64,000 bases of DNA from Candidatus Oxydemutatoraceae bacterium (GCA_965226235.1 OZ245335.1:1260427-1324426); one strand, 5' to 3'; positions 49,110 through 59,215 are shown, counted from the first letter of the stretch. Notes: generated by a model from the letters alone, not told the origin. A program made the numbers and translations.

Positions 49110-50633
49110 TTATCCGACCGACCTGACAAACCTGGCAAATCTCGCGGGCCAATCACTGTTGGTCGAGCGCAAATGAACAAAGGACGCCAGCAGGTTGGCG
49201 TATACGATCCCGTCCTTGCCACCACCGATACCGTCGCCTCGCAATACCTTGTAAGCGGTTTTCATCTCGCCACCGAAATTGACCAGCTTTGCATGATGAA
49301 ACTCGTGACCGGCGTAAACGGGCGTTGCGTCATCGCTGTTCGTCCAGGGCATGTCAAGGGTTTCCTCCACTCGCACGTACCCTCTGCCGCATGGGCGCTC
49401 GCACATGACGGCGTCAGCCTGAATGACACCGACCATCGCATGGCGCTCCTTCCGCCAAGCTATGCTGCGGCTCAAGTACATCAACCCGCCGCATTCAGCA
49501 TAGGCAGGAAGCCCCCCTTCGATAGCACCTTTGACCGCCGCGCGTAAAGAGATGTTGGCTTCCAGGTCGGCGGCATGAACCTCGGGGAACCCGCCACCTA
49601 TGAAAAGCGCGTCCACCGCGGGCAACCTGGCGTCGTGCAGCGCGTCGACAGCCACCAGCCTGAACCCGGCATGCGAGAGCGCCACGAAATCATCCGGGTA
49701 ATAAAAGGAAAAAGCAGCATCGAAAAAAACGCCCAGTGCCTTTTTGGAAGTCTGGTTGCTCCCGGCTCCGGACGGTGTGTTTTTCCGCATCGTCGACACG
49801 AAAGCTGCCGGGCGCTTGTCTTCGGCAGAAGTGCCCGCCGCGTCGGGAGCCTGCCGCTGGCCACCCTGATTGGGCGCGCGCGCAAAGGTGATGATTGCGT
49901 CCAGGTCCGTATTCTCGCTCACGATTTGCCGCATGGCTTCGACTCGCTCGGCAGCCTGCCGATGCTCGCGGCCAGGTATCAGACCGAGATGTCTCTGCGC
50001 CAATGACATGCGCCGCTCGCGCGGCAGGTGGCCGACGACGGGTACATCGGTGTAAGACGTTACGGCAGCTTCGAGTTTGCCCGCATGGCGCGAGCCGCCA
50101 ACCTTGTTGAGCACAACTCCCGCGATATGCACTTCACGGTCAAAATCAAGATAACCACGCAGCAAGGGAGCCACGCCTCGAGTCATACCCTCGCAGTCGA
50201 GCACCAGGATAACCGGAACACGAAGGAGTTTCGCTAAAGCAGCATTGCTGTCACTGCCATCGAGGGAGACGCCGTCGTAAAGGCCCTTGTTGGCTTCGAT
50301 CACAGCGATGATGTCAGGCTTCCCCTCCGCACCGGTGAGACCAGGGCGGCGAACGGCAGCATCGAGAAAAACGTCGCCGTCCCACCCGGCAGCGCATCGG
50401 CCAACAAACATGTCGACGATCTCTTCGGGTGTCTGGGTATTGAAGTCCAGGTTATAGCAAGCGCGCTTCGCGGCACTGCCAAGCCATTGAGGGTCAATGT
50501 AATCAGGCCCCTTTTTGAAGGGATACACCGCACGGCCCCGGCGCGTCAGTTCGGCGCACAGCCCGGTGGAGAATACGGTCTTGCCGGACGACTTGTGCGC
50601 TGCGCTGATCAGCAAGCGTGGGAAGGCAAACAC
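49110..50633 (-). CDS. dsrN: DsrN, siroheme amidase (CobB/CbiA-like cobyrinic acid a,c-diamide synthase homolog)
   Basis: A 507 aa protein with an N-terminal ATP-binding CobQ/CobB/MinD-type domain (SAAHKSSGKT) and a C-terminal glutamine amidotransferase domain. It is the last gene of dsrABEFHCMKLJOPN. Confidence 0.85.
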   Translation of the reverse strand: MFAFPRLLISAAHKSSGKTVFSTGLCAELTRRGRAVYPFKKGPDYIDPQWLGSAAKRACYNLDFNTQTPEEIVDMFVGRCAAGWDGDVFLDAAVRRPGLTGAEGKPDIIAVIEANKGLYDGVSLDGSDSNAALAKLLRVPVILVLDCEGMTRGVAPLLRGYLDFDREVHIAGVVLNKVGGSRHAGKLEAAVTSYTDVPVVGHLPRERRMSLAQRHLGLIPGREHRQAAERVEAMRQIVSENTDLDAIITFARAPNQGGQRQAPDAAGTSAEDKRPAAFVSTMRKNTPSGAGSNQTSKKALGVFFDAAFSFYYPDDFVALSHAGFRLVAVDALHDARLPAVDALFIGGGFPEVHAADLEANISLRAAVKGAIEGGLPAYAECGGLMYLSRSIAWRKERHAMVGVIQADAVMCERPCGRGYVRVEETLDMPWTNSDDATPVYAGHEFHHAKLVNFGGEMKTAYKVLRGDGIGGGKDGIVYANLLASFVHLRSTNSDWPARFARFVRSVG

Positions 50634-50660
50634 AACGGTGGTCCGGGAAAAGCCCGCCAG

Positions 50661-51866
50661 CTACTCTGCCTGCAAGTCAAATTGCGAATCCCTGAGATCG
50701 GCTGGCAGGAAATCCAGCACGGCGAGCAGAAAAGTCAGCACCGCCAGCGACAAGCCAAGTCCGCCGATACACAGCAACAACTCGGGCACACTCGGCACAT
50801 AAGAGGCAACCTCGCCGTCAAAGAAAGAACTGCTCTCCTGCATGCCCGGGAACATCACCAGCGGGTAGGCCTGCCCTCCAATGATCATCACGTACAGTTG
50901 CGCGAAAGCACCGACCAGCACCAACGCGCACCCGGCGACCATCGCTGTCCGCGAGCGCCTGCATGGCGAGGTGTAAAACAGTGCCAGCGGAAGCAGGCTA
51001 CCGAGGCCAATCTGCACCAGCCAGAACAACGCGGTATATACCCCGCCATCGCGCAGGATAAACGCGACGATGCCGTGGTGCTCGGTTGCATACAACTTGG
51101 TCAGGAAGTAAGCGAGTACGAAATACAGTACCGCGCCGATAAATATGCCCAGCAGGTTCCTCAAGCGAAACAGTATGTAGTCTCCGACACCGACGCCGGC
51201 AAAACGTGACGCCGCCATCAGCACCAGTATGAAAACCGCGAGTCCGTAAGCAAAAGACATGAAGATAAACAGCGGAGGCAGGATCGCGGTGTCGTAAGCC
51301 TGACGGGCAACCAGGAACCCGAAAATGGCACCGGTGCCGGTGGTCAGCATCAGCCGCCAGAAAAACGCCACAAACCCGAGCGCGCGGATGTATTTGTTCA
51401 TGCGCCGCTCGAACATCATCCATAAGTACACGATCACCACCAGGAACAACCCCATATAGAGAAAGATATTCCAGGCAAAGATCGACTTGAAGTTGTAGTA
51501 CGTCATGGCGATGATCAACCGGTCAGGACGCCCCAGGTCCAGTACCAGCACCGCGAGACCACCGATGAGGAAAGAGATCGCCACCAAACCCGACAACCGG
51601 GCCAGCGGCTTGTAGTGCGCTTGGTTGAAAACCGACGCGATAGAAGCGGCATTCAGCGCGCCTGAGGCGACCAGGATCATGAAGATCGCGGCGACATGCG
51701 GCACGCCCCAGATGACCTGGTTGCTCATACCGGTGACGTGATGTCCCTGGTGTTCCATGTAATAGGCGGCACCGCCGCCGATGGCAGCAAGCACGGCGAA
51801 AGCAGCCAAGGTCAGATAATAGCCGGCGGTGTCCGCATCAAACGCCCTGTAGCGAAGCGGTTTCAT
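50661..51866 (-). CDS. dsrP: DsrP, NrfD/PsrC-family integral membrane quinone-interacting subunit
   Basis: A 401 aa polytopic membrane protein of the NrfD family, positioned between dsrO and dsrN. Confidence 0.85.
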   Translation of the reverse strand: MKPLRYRAFDADTAGYYLTLAAFAVLAAIGGGAAYYMEHQGHHVTGMSNQVIWGVPHVAAIFMILVASGALNAASIASVFNQAHYKPLARLSGLVAISFLIGGLAVLVLDLGRPDRLIIAMTYYNFKSIFAWNIFLYMGLFLVVIVYLWMMFERRMNKYIRALGFVAFFWRLMLTTGTGAIFGFLVARQAYDTAILPPLFIFMSFAYGLAVFILVLMAASRFAGVGVGDYILFRLRNLLGIFIGAVLYFVLAYFLTKLYATEHHGIVAFILRDGGVYTALFWLVQIGLGSLLPLALFYTSPCRRSRTAMVAGCALVLVGAFAQLYVMIIGGQAYPLVMFPGMQESSSFFDGEVASYVPSVPELLLCIGGLGLSLAVLTFLLAVLDFLPADLRDSQFDLQAE

Positions 51867-51883
51867 CCTGTGGGTTGCCTGCG

Positions 51884-52627
51884 TCAGATACCTTGATAAC
51901 GCACGCCGAGGTTCAAGCCCAGATCTGCACGGATCTGCGAACCGCCATACTCGGCAAGGCGTCTGGATATTTCACTGCCAGGATCATTCAAGTCACCGAA
52001 AATCAGTGCCCGATGTCCTTCCTCCTCGCACGCCGCCGCGCAGGCTGTAATGCCGTCCCCCCGATCTACCTTGTGCACACACAGGGTGCAGCTCTCCACC
52101 GTGCCTTTCCCCCTGGGAGCATGCGGCAGCGGCTCCTCAACCGGCTCGTGGATAAACGACCTGGCCTTGTATGGGCACGCCATCATGCAATAACGGCAGC
52201 CGATGCAGGTATGCTTGTCTACCAGCACGATGCCGTCGGCACGCCGAAAGGACGCGCCAGTCGGACATACATCGACGCAAGGTGGGGTCTCGCAGTGCTG
52301 GCACATGACCGGAAAGGACTTCTGGTAGCCGGTCGTAGCGTCACGAATCGTTACTTTGCGTATCCATTGCGCGTCGGTCGCAGGTCGATCATGCCCGGCA
52401 AGACCATGCTCTTCGTTACAGGCAGTCACGCAGGCGGTACAGCCATTGGCACAACGATTGGTATCGACCAACATGCCCCAGCGTGCCTCGCTGCTTACCG
52501 GCTCGTGCGGAAGACGGTTTTTCGCTTGCCCAACCGAATACAGCAACACGCCAGGCGCAACGCCGAGACCGACGACCGCTGCGGTACTTTTGAAAAAATC
52601 CCGGCGAGACTCGTCCACATTACTCAC
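51884..52627 (-). CDS. dsrO: DsrO, periplasmic 4Fe-4S ferredoxin-like subunit (Tat signal; probable GTG start overlapping the dsrJ stop)
   Basis: The Tat motif SRRDFFKSTAAVVGLGVA is present. There are multiple CxxCxxCxxxCP ferredoxin motifs (CTACVTACNEE, CQHCETPPCVDVCP, CIGCRYCMMACP, CTLCVHK). Confidence 0.8.
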   Translation of the reverse strand: MSNVDESRRDFFKSTAAVVGLGVAPGVLLYSVGQAKNRLPHEPVSSEARWGMLVDTNRCANGCTACVTACNEEHGLAGHDRPATDAQWIRKVTIRDATTGYQKSFPVMCQHCETPPCVDVCPTGASFRRADGIVLVDKHTCIGCRYCMMACPYKARSFIHEPVEEPLPHAPRGKGTVESCTLCVHKVDRGDGITACAAACEEEGHRALIFGDLNDPGSEISRRLAEYGGSQIRADLGLNLGVRYQGI

Positions 52628-53061
52628 CGCAGACGGGAAACCTGTTCTTTCAGCCCATCGACCCTGCGCACATACGCTTCCAGGGGACGGTCCGCATGGC
52701 ATTGGAAACAATCCACGCTGACACTGCTGAAAACATGGCAGCCCTGGCAGAAGTGATCTGCATCGACGTGACGAGGGTAGGTGCCGTCTGCGCGCGCTTG
52801 TACGTGGCAATCAATGCAGTTCACAAATCGGTGCTGCTCGGTCCGGATGCCGTGATGCACTGTTTCGTCACGCTGGTGGAGAAGAAACTCCATGTGACTG
52901 CGACGCATGATTTCGGTCGGCTCAACGCAACGATCCCCTTTGGCGGGGGGGATTTCCGGCAACAAACGACCATCAGCATACGCCTGCGCCATTAGGAAAA
53001 TCGCACCGGCCAACGATAGCACTAATGCCAGGGCGGAAAGAGGCGCAATCGGAAAGGACAT
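52624..53061 (-). CDS. dsrJ: DsrJ, triheme cytochrome c
   Basis: Signal peptide MSFPIAPLSALALVLSLAGAIF and three CxxCH motifs (CIDCH, CQGCH, CFQCH). Start is taken at Met32 of the ORF. Confidence 0.8.
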   Translation of the reverse strand: MSFPIAPLSALALVLSLAGAIFLMAQAYADGRLLPEIPPAKGDRCVEPTEIMRRSHMEFLLHQRDETVHHGIRTEQHRFVNCIDCHVQARADGTYPRHVDADHFCQGCHVFSSVSVDCFQCHADRPLEAYVRRVDGLKEQVSRLR

Positions 53062-53081
53062 CGCCGTGCGATCGACAACTT

Positions 53082-55058
53082 TCAGTGATCGCCCAAAGCC
53101 ATGTCGATGTAGCCGGTCGGACATACGTCCGCGCAAATATGACAACCTATGCATTTGTCGTAATCGGTGTCCACATAGCGCCCAAGCGTGCTATCGGACT
53201 TTTCGACCCGATACACCGCGTCCTGTGGACAGTAAATGACGCAGTTATCGCACTCAAAGCACATCCCGCAACTCATGCAACGGCCGGCTTCCTGTATCGC
53301 TTGCTCTTCGGTCAGACCGACCACACGCTCATTGAAATCTCCCAGCACACTTTTTTCGTCAGGACCACAGGTGGCGCGACGGACGCGGGGGGTGTAGTCA
53401 AAGTGGCCGAGGAACAGGTGATCGGAATCCGCTATCTCCTGTGCCGATCGGTCTTCATAATTGTGTACCGAATATCTGGCGTCGCAAGTCCCCCACTCGC
53501 CCGTCTCCCCGGCAGCAAAAGCATCCGGCTCAAGCCCGGCTTCCTGAAGCTTGGCAAGCAGACTGAAGTGGTGCACGTCAACCTTGGGACGTTTGCCGGC
53601 TTCCTTGCCGGATAGATAGCTGTCTATGGTAGACGCGGCAACCGAGCCCTGCCCGATCGCGGTAGTCAGCAGATGCGGACGAATGATGTCGCCGGCAGCA
53701 AAGTGCCCTGGCCTGTCGGGCAAGGCATATAGCGGATCGACATCCATCAGCCCTCTACCGTTGTCGAATTCTTCCAACCCCTCCAGGTCACCGCCCTGGC
53801 CGATAGCCGACACAATCAAGTCGCATTCCACTTCAAACTCGGTGCCCTCGATCGGCATCGGCTTGTTCTCGCGTATTTCGCATTTCACCATTCTCAGCGC
53901 ACGCGCCCGGCCGTTTTCATGCAACAGCACCTCAATCGGCATCACACCGTCGTGCACATTCACCCCTTCCTTGAGGGCATCGTCGACCTCCTCTTCGCTG
54001 GCGGTCATCTTGTCCCGCAGAAACAACGAGGTCAGAACCACACTGGCACCCTCACGCGCCGCCGCCAATGCCGCATCGTGCGCGACGTATCCACCGATCA
54101 CGTACTCGGGCAACGCCTTTTCGTGTATCCTCGGAACCTTACCGAGACGTCTGGCAACCGACACCACATCGATCGACGTATCGCCGCCGCCAACGCAGAT
54201 AACCCGGTCTGCGGTCACCTTCAGCCGCCCCGTGTTAAAGGCTTCGAGAAACTTCACCCCGGAAACGCAGTTAGGTGCCTCACCGCCCGGGACCGGAAGC
54301 CCGCGGCCGGTCTGGCAGCCTACGCACCACAGCACCGCGTCAAACTCTTCTTCAATATCAGCTACCGCGATATCGCGCCCAACGCGCACCGCGGTTCGCA
54401 CCTCTATGCCCCCGAGCTCAAGAATTCTCTGAATCTCGTGATCGAGCAACTGCCGCGGGGTTCTGTATCCAGGGATGCCATAACGCATCATTCCACCCAA
54501 CTCGTCGTGTTCTTCGAAGACCGTGCTGCCGTGCCCCTTCTGCCGCAGATGGTACGCTGCCGAGAGCCCTGCCGGGCCACCGCCGATGATAGCCACGTGC
54601 TTGTTCCCGAGTGCTACGCCATTGGCAAACTTGAATCCCTTCTGAATTGCCGTATCGCCAATGTATTGCTCAACCGCGTTGATGCCGACGTAATCCTCAA
54701 CATGGTTGCGGTTGCAGCCTTCCTGGCAGGGCGCGGGACACACGCGTCCCATCATGGAGGGGAATGGATTAGCGGCAGTCGAGCGCTGAAACGCGTATTC
54801 CGCGGCACTGACTTCCTCGGGCGGCTTTTCAATGCCGCGAACGATCTGCAGCCAGCCGCGAATGTCCTCGCCAGAAGGGCAACTACCCTGGCACGGCGGC
54901 GTGCGATGAACATAGGTGGGGCATTTGTGGGAACGGTCGGCAGAGAAAATGTCGTCCGCGAGAGCGGACCACTTGTTGTCGCCCTCCTGAAACCGGAGGA
55001 AGGTAAGCTTCTGTGTGGCCGGTTGCTGGGTGGCCGTGTCTTTGATGTTTGCGCTCAT
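53082..55058 (-). CDS. dsrL: DsrL, NAD(P)H:acceptor oxidoreductase (GltD-like flavoprotein with Fe-S clusters)
   Basis: A 658 aa protein with N-terminal Cys clusters (CPTYVHRTPPCQGSCP), the FAD/NAD Rossmann motifs VAIIGGGPAGLSAA and VICVGGGDT, and a C-terminal ferredoxin (CMSCGMCFECDNCVIYCP...CIGCHICADVCP). Confidence 0.85.
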   Translation of the reverse strand: MSANIKDTATQQPATQKLTFLRFQEGDNKWSALADDIFSADRSHKCPTYVHRTPPCQGSCPSGEDIRGWLQIVRGIEKPPEEVSAAEYAFQRSTAANPFPSMMGRVCPAPCQEGCNRNHVEDYVGINAVEQYIGDTAIQKGFKFANGVALGNKHVAIIGGGPAGLSAAYHLRQKGHGSTVFEEHDELGGMMRYGIPGYRTPRQLLDHEIQRILELGGIEVRTAVRVGRDIAVADIEEEFDAVLWCVGCQTGRGLPVPGGEAPNCVSGVKFLEAFNTGRLKVTADRVICVGGGDTSIDVVSVARRLGKVPRIHEKALPEYVIGGYVAHDAALAAAREGASVVLTSLFLRDKMTASEEEVDDALKEGVNVHDGVMPIEVLLHENGRARALRMVKCEIRENKPMPIEGTEFEVECDLIVSAIGQGGDLEGLEEFDNGRGLMDVDPLYALPDRPGHFAAGDIIRPHLLTTAIGQGSVAASTIDSYLSGKEAGKRPKVDVHHFSLLAKLQEAGLEPDAFAAGETGEWGTCDARYSVHNYEDRSAQEIADSDHLFLGHFDYTPRVRRATCGPDEKSVLGDFNERVVGLTEEQAIQEAGRCMSCGMCFECDNCVIYCPQDAVYRVEKSDSTLGRYVDTDYDKCIGCHICADVCPTGYIDMALGDH

Positions 55059-55179
55059 AATGCTATCCGTGGATTTCCTTGACCCTGATTATTCTAGAGG
55101 GCAGCACGGAAGAACCGAATATACCCTTTTGTATATACTCGCCTGCAAGGCTTGGTGGTGCCCACCCGCCTTGAAGACC

Positions 55180-56760
55180 TCATGCCAACTGCGCTTCGGC
55201 GGGGACATCCGCTGCCTGCGAAACCGCCGACGCCGCGTCGTACGTATCATCGACGGGTGCTACTTCAGGTTCGAGCACGATGGCATCGCCAACCAGTTGA
55301 TGCAGGCTGACGATTTGATCCATCTCAAATCCGTAGTAAGGCAACACCTTGGAAAACTGGCTCTTGCAAATGGCACAAATCGCCGCCATGTGAGTTACGC
55401 CATAGTCTTCTACAACCTCCTTGAGTGCCTCCATGCGAGGCAAGGCTCCCTTGACCCGCAATTCGATCAGGTCATCGGTGAGCAAACCGCCACCGCCACC
55501 GCAACAGTAAGTGCCCTCCCGGATCGTTTCTGCAGACATATCATAAAAATGATTGCAGACCGACCGGATAATGTCCCGCGGAATAGTGAATTGACCCCCG
55601 GGGACGTCTCCCATGCGAGACGCGCGCGCGACGTTGCACGAGTCGTGGTAGGTCACACGAATGGAGTCGTTGCACGACGGGTCGAGCTTGAGCCTGCCCG
55701 CCTTGATCAATCCGTGCGTGACTTCGCAGATATGCTGCGGTACCGGATAATCAGGGTCGAGAAAATCGAACGGCCCGGCAAGCGTGTTGAGGAAACTGTA
55801 CGCGACCCGCCAGGCGTGCCCGCACTCGCCAAATACGATGCGCCTGACGCCCAGTGAAATCGCGGATTCGCGAATCCGTAGTGCCAGCTTGCGCATGTTC
55901 TCATAGTTGCCGATAAACATGCCGAAGTTGGCGGCTTCGCTGGCGCTCGAACTGACCGTCCAGGAAATGCCGGCCTGATGGAATACTTTGGCATAGCCGA
56001 TCAATCCATCGATGTGCGGTTCGGCAAAAAAGTCGGCCGACGGCGTCACCAACAACACTTCCGCGCCTTTCTCATTGAGCGGGAATCGCACCTTGACCCC
56101 GGTATCGTCAAACACCTCTTCCTCCAACCCTTCGAGCGTGTCACGCAACGCCGGTTCCGGCAAACCCAGGTTATTGCCGATCTTATGCACCTTGCCGATG
56201 ATTTCATTGCAGTATTTCTGCCCTTTGCCGACGTGATTCATCACTTCCCGGGCCGCCATGGCAATTTCCGAGGTATCGATGCCGTAGGGGCAATACACCG
56301 AACAGCGTCTGCATTGCGAACACTGATGAAAATAATTCCACCACTGGTCCAGCACATCCTTGGTCATGTCCTCGGCACCGACCAGTTTGGGGAAATACTT
56401 GCCGGCAAGGGTGTAGTAGCGCCGATAGACCTTGCGAAACAGGTCCTGCCTGGCAACCGGCATATTGTTCGGGTCGGTAGTCCCCAGATAGTAATGACAC
56501 TTGTCGGTGCACGCCCCGCACTTGACGCACGAGTCAAGAAACACTTTCAACGAGCGATACTTGCCAACCAGCTCGCCCATTTTGTCGACCGCGTGTGATT
56601 CCCAGTTATCGATCAATTCTCCGGGAAACCCCAGTGGCTTCTGTATCCCGGGCTTTGCCACGTAGGGGCCGCTGATGTGGGCCATCGCGCCTTCCTGCAA
56701 TTTTGGAATAGCACGATCCTCGCGCATCTTCGGTGTTTCAAACTGCTGTTCCTTCGCCAT
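55180..56760 (-). CDS. dsrK: DsrK, HdrD-like catalytic subunit with CCG domains
   Basis: Ferredoxin-like motifs CVKCGACTDKC and CSQCRRCSVYCP, plus the CCG-domain cysteines CCGGGGG. Length 526 aa. Confidence 0.9.
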   Translation of the reverse strand: MAKEQQFETPKMREDRAIPKLQEGAMAHISGPYVAKPGIQKPLGFPGELIDNWESHAVDKMGELVGKYRSLKVFLDSCVKCGACTDKCHYYLGTTDPNNMPVARQDLFRKVYRRYYTLAGKYFPKLVGAEDMTKDVLDQWWNYFHQCSQCRRCSVYCPYGIDTSEIAMAAREVMNHVGKGQKYCNEIIGKVHKIGNNLGLPEPALRDTLEGLEEEVFDDTGVKVRFPLNEKGAEVLLVTPSADFFAEPHIDGLIGYAKVFHQAGISWTVSSSASEAANFGMFIGNYENMRKLALRIRESAISLGVRRIVFGECGHAWRVAYSFLNTLAGPFDFLDPDYPVPQHICEVTHGLIKAGRLKLDPSCNDSIRVTYHDSCNVARASRMGDVPGGQFTIPRDIIRSVCNHFYDMSAETIREGTYCCGGGGGLLTDDLIELRVKGALPRMEALKEVVEDYGVTHMAAICAICKSQFSKVLPYYGFEMDQIVSLHQLVGDAIVLEPEVAPVDDTYDAASAVSQAADVPAEAQLA

Positions 56761-56764
56761 GAGA

Positions 56765-57508
56765 TCAACGTCCTGTTTTATCGGCCTCCAGCTTCAGTGC
56801 CCATGCAACCACGTGACGACGGTCCCGAGGGTCGTCGACCTGGTTGCGCGTCGGGCTGAAGAAAATTCCCGGCGCATGCAACAGCTTGCTGAAGGGGAAA
56901 ACCAGCATCAGCATGGCGACCAGTGTCAGGTGAACAATGGCCAGGGCGTCTCCCGGCAAAGGCTGCCAGTCAAAATACATAAGCCCCAGAAAAAATGCCT
57001 TGATCGAAACGATATCGACTTTGAAAGCGAACGTCATCAGTATGCCGGTGACCCCGATTGCAAGCAGTAATAACAGCATCAGGTGATCGGAAGGCGAAGA
57101 AATATACCGCACCCGATCGACGACGATGCGGCGCAGCCATAGTCCTGCCAGCCCGACTACCATCATCAGCGACGCGTACTTGCCGAGCGGCTGTATCCAG
57201 TTGACCCAGAACCACACCGGTTCGGTGAAATAGCGCAAATGGCGCAGCAATACCAGCAGCAAACCGAAGTGGAAGAGCCAGCCAAACAACCATATCCACT
57301 TGTTGGATTTGAACAGGCTCTCGAACAACGTCAACTCCTTGAACATCCTGAACACCACACCGCTACGGGTGACGGGGGCGGGCATCGTCGGGATTTTCAG
57401 CGGCGCAGGCGTGCGCGCGTAATCCCACACCTTGCACGCCGTGGCAACCACCAGCACCGCGGTGGCGGCGTAAAAGAGCAAGGCATAGGCAACCGTCAGG
57501 GCCGACAT
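56765..57508 (-). CDS. dsrM: DsrM, NarI-like dihaem cytochrome b membrane subunit (start taken at Met88 of the ORF)
   Basis: A five-TM protein with the conserved His ligands (FHFGLLLVLLRH and HLTLVAMLMLVFPFSKLLH). Confidence 0.85.
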   Translation of the reverse strand: MSALTVAYALLFYAATAVLVVATACKVWDYARTPAPLKIPTMPAPVTRSGVVFRMFKELTLFESLFKSNKWIWLFGWLFHFGLLLVLLRHLRYFTEPVWFWVNWIQPLGKYASLMMVVGLAGLWLRRIVVDRVRYISSPSDHLMLLLLLAIGVTGILMTFAFKVDIVSIKAFFLGLMYFDWQPLPGDALAIVHLTLVAMLMLVFPFSKLLHAPGIFFSPTRNQVDDPRDRRHVVAWALKLEADKTGR

Positions 57509-57647
57509 GCCACGTGCGCTGGCCGTTGATCGCCAGGCCGGCTGGCGATGACCCGCTTCAGTATTCGCATACCGCCCGGCGTATGCCCGCGACCCCGGCA
57601 CAACAGGTCTCCGGCGACTTCGCCTGGCAGAGCGAGGTATCCTGAAT

Positions 57648-57980
57648 TCAAACGCATCCGGTAGGCTTGGGTAGCCCGGCGTACTTGCAGGCTTGTTTCG
57701 CTGGACCGTACGGAAACAACTCGTACAGATACTTGCTGTTGCCCTTGTCCTTGCCAAGCTTTTTGCCAATCGCTTTGGTCAGCACCCGCACCGCCGGCGC
57801 GACTTGATACTGCTCGTAGTATTCACGCAGAAAGTTGATGACTTCCCAATGATTGTTGCCGAGTTCGGCGTCGTCGGCTTCCGCCATCGCATTCGCCAGC
57901 TCCGGCCTCCAGTCGCTCAAATCGGCCAGATAACCTTCTTCATCGGTCTCATAACTTTGTCCATTGATCTCCAGCGCCAT
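57648..57980 (-). CDS. dsrC: DsrC, sulfur-carrier substrate protein of DsrAB (TusE family)
   Basis: A 110 aa protein ending in the diagnostic C-terminal arm CKYAGLPKPTGCV, which carries the two conserved Cys. Confidence 0.95.
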   Translation of the reverse strand: MALEINGQSYETDEEGYLADLSDWRPELANAMAEADDAELGNNHWEVINFLREYYEQYQVAPAVRVLTKAIGKKLGKDKGNSKYLYELFPYGPAKQACKYAGLPKPTGCV

Positions 57981-58026
57981 GTTTCGCCTCCTTACAGCTA
58001 GTTATACATACGCGGCCGCGTATTGT

Positions 58027-58335
58027 TCACAGCCACGCCTGGATGGCTTTGTGCGAGACCGCAAGATCGACAAACCCCGCATAATCAACGATCCCGACGC
58101 CATCCATTATATGGCTTTTATCAAGACCGCGCGCCTGCACATCAGGGGCAAGCGCGTAAAACTTCAGATGTCCCATGGCAGCTTTTATTTTCTCCGCATG
58201 CGGTGTGCAATCGAGCGAGGCAAGCACGCCGTCTTCAAACAACAGCACCGAACTACCCTCTTTGGCAAGGCGCAGACACGACGCCAGCGTATTGCGCTCA
58301 AACGGAGACTTGTTCACCGTGTGCAGTACCGCCAT
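58027..58335 (-). CDS. dsrH: DsrH (TusB-like)
   Basis: A 102 aa protein with the DsrH/TusB fold pattern, in the E-F-H order. Confidence 0.85.
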   Translation of the reverse strand: MAVLHTVNKSPFERNTLASCLRLAKEGSSVLLFEDGVLASLDCTPHAEKIKAAMGHLKFYALAPDVQARGLDKSHIMDGVGIVDYAGFVDLAVSHKAIQAWL

Positions 58336-58345
58336 CGTAATTTCC

Positions 58346-58786
58346 CTAAAAGCTCAGGATGACATCCTGGGCGTCAATCACATCAGCCATTTCCCGACGG
58401 CTGACCACGTGAATTGAACTTTTTTCTACCCAGTCATCGTCCTCGTCCTCGTACGTAAGATCAAGCAGATCGGCAACGCTCAAACCACGTTCCTCAAGCG
58501 ATTCCTTCTCAACGTATATCTTGTGAATATCATAGTCTCCCAACGCGTTGTAAGTCGGCGAAAAGTTTTTCATGCCGATGCCCTTCGTATCCTGCCCTTT
58601 CTTCAGTTGGTAAACGCCATCGTCGATGAAGGCCAGACTCACGTCCTGCTCGAACGCCGCCGTAATCAGCACGACCTCCAGTGCCTCAAGCGCATAAATG
58701 GTGCCGTAAGGCAGCTTTCGGTTCACATAAAGAAACTTTCTGACGGCGCCACCGTTCCCGGCTTTCTCTTCAGGTTCTACCTGCAT
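58346..58786 (-). CDS. dsrF: DsrF (TusC-like)
   Basis: RKFLYVNRKLPYGTIYALEALEVVLITAAFEQDVSLAFIDDGVYQLKKGQDTKGIGMKNFSPTY closely parallels A. vinosum DsrF. Confidence 0.85.
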   Translation of the reverse strand: MQVEPEEKAGNGGAVRKFLYVNRKLPYGTIYALEALEVVLITAAFEQDVSLAFIDDGVYQLKKGQDTKGIGMKNFSPTYNALGDYDIHKIYVEKESLEERGLSVADLLDLTYEDEDDDWVEKSSIHVVSRREMADVIDAQDVILSF

Positions 58787-58822
58787 CTTCCCTTACCCGA
58801 CCGTTGCATCTGCGACAAGCTT

Positions 58823-59215
58823 CTAGTCGCCAAAAACCATCAGGCGGTCCGCCTGTATGCCCGCCTCGATCAACTGCCCCAAACCCGAAATACGAAACCC
58901 CTCGGCAAGATTGTGAGCGTCCTTGCCATGACGCCTGGCTTCATCCTGGTCGAGAATTCCACGTCTTTGCGCGGCGGCAACGCACACAACCAGATCAATT
59001 TTGTGCTCCTTCGCCAGATCGCTCCACAGGTCCGTCAGGTTGCGGTCATCTTGCGGGGGCACCGTCAACCGGGTGCCGTTATTGACACCGTCGTTGTAAA
59101 AAAACACTCGGAATATCTCGTGGCCCTTCTCAAGGGCAGCTTTCGTGAATCGGTAAGCGCTGTCCGAGGCTTGATGGGTGTAAGGGCCTTCGTTGACCAG
59201 AATGCCGAACTTCAC
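58823..59215 (-). CDS. dsrE: DsrE (TusD-like) with the active-site Cys
   Basis: MKFGILVNEGPY...DLVVCVAAAQRRGI, 130 aa. Confidence 0.85.
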   Translation of the reverse strand: MKFGILVNEGPYTHQASDSAYRFTKAALEKGHEIFRVFFYNDGVNNGTRLTVPPQDDRNLTDLWSDLAKEHKIDLVVCVAAAQRRGILDQDEARRHGKDAHNLAEGFRISGLGQLIEAGIQADRLMVFGD

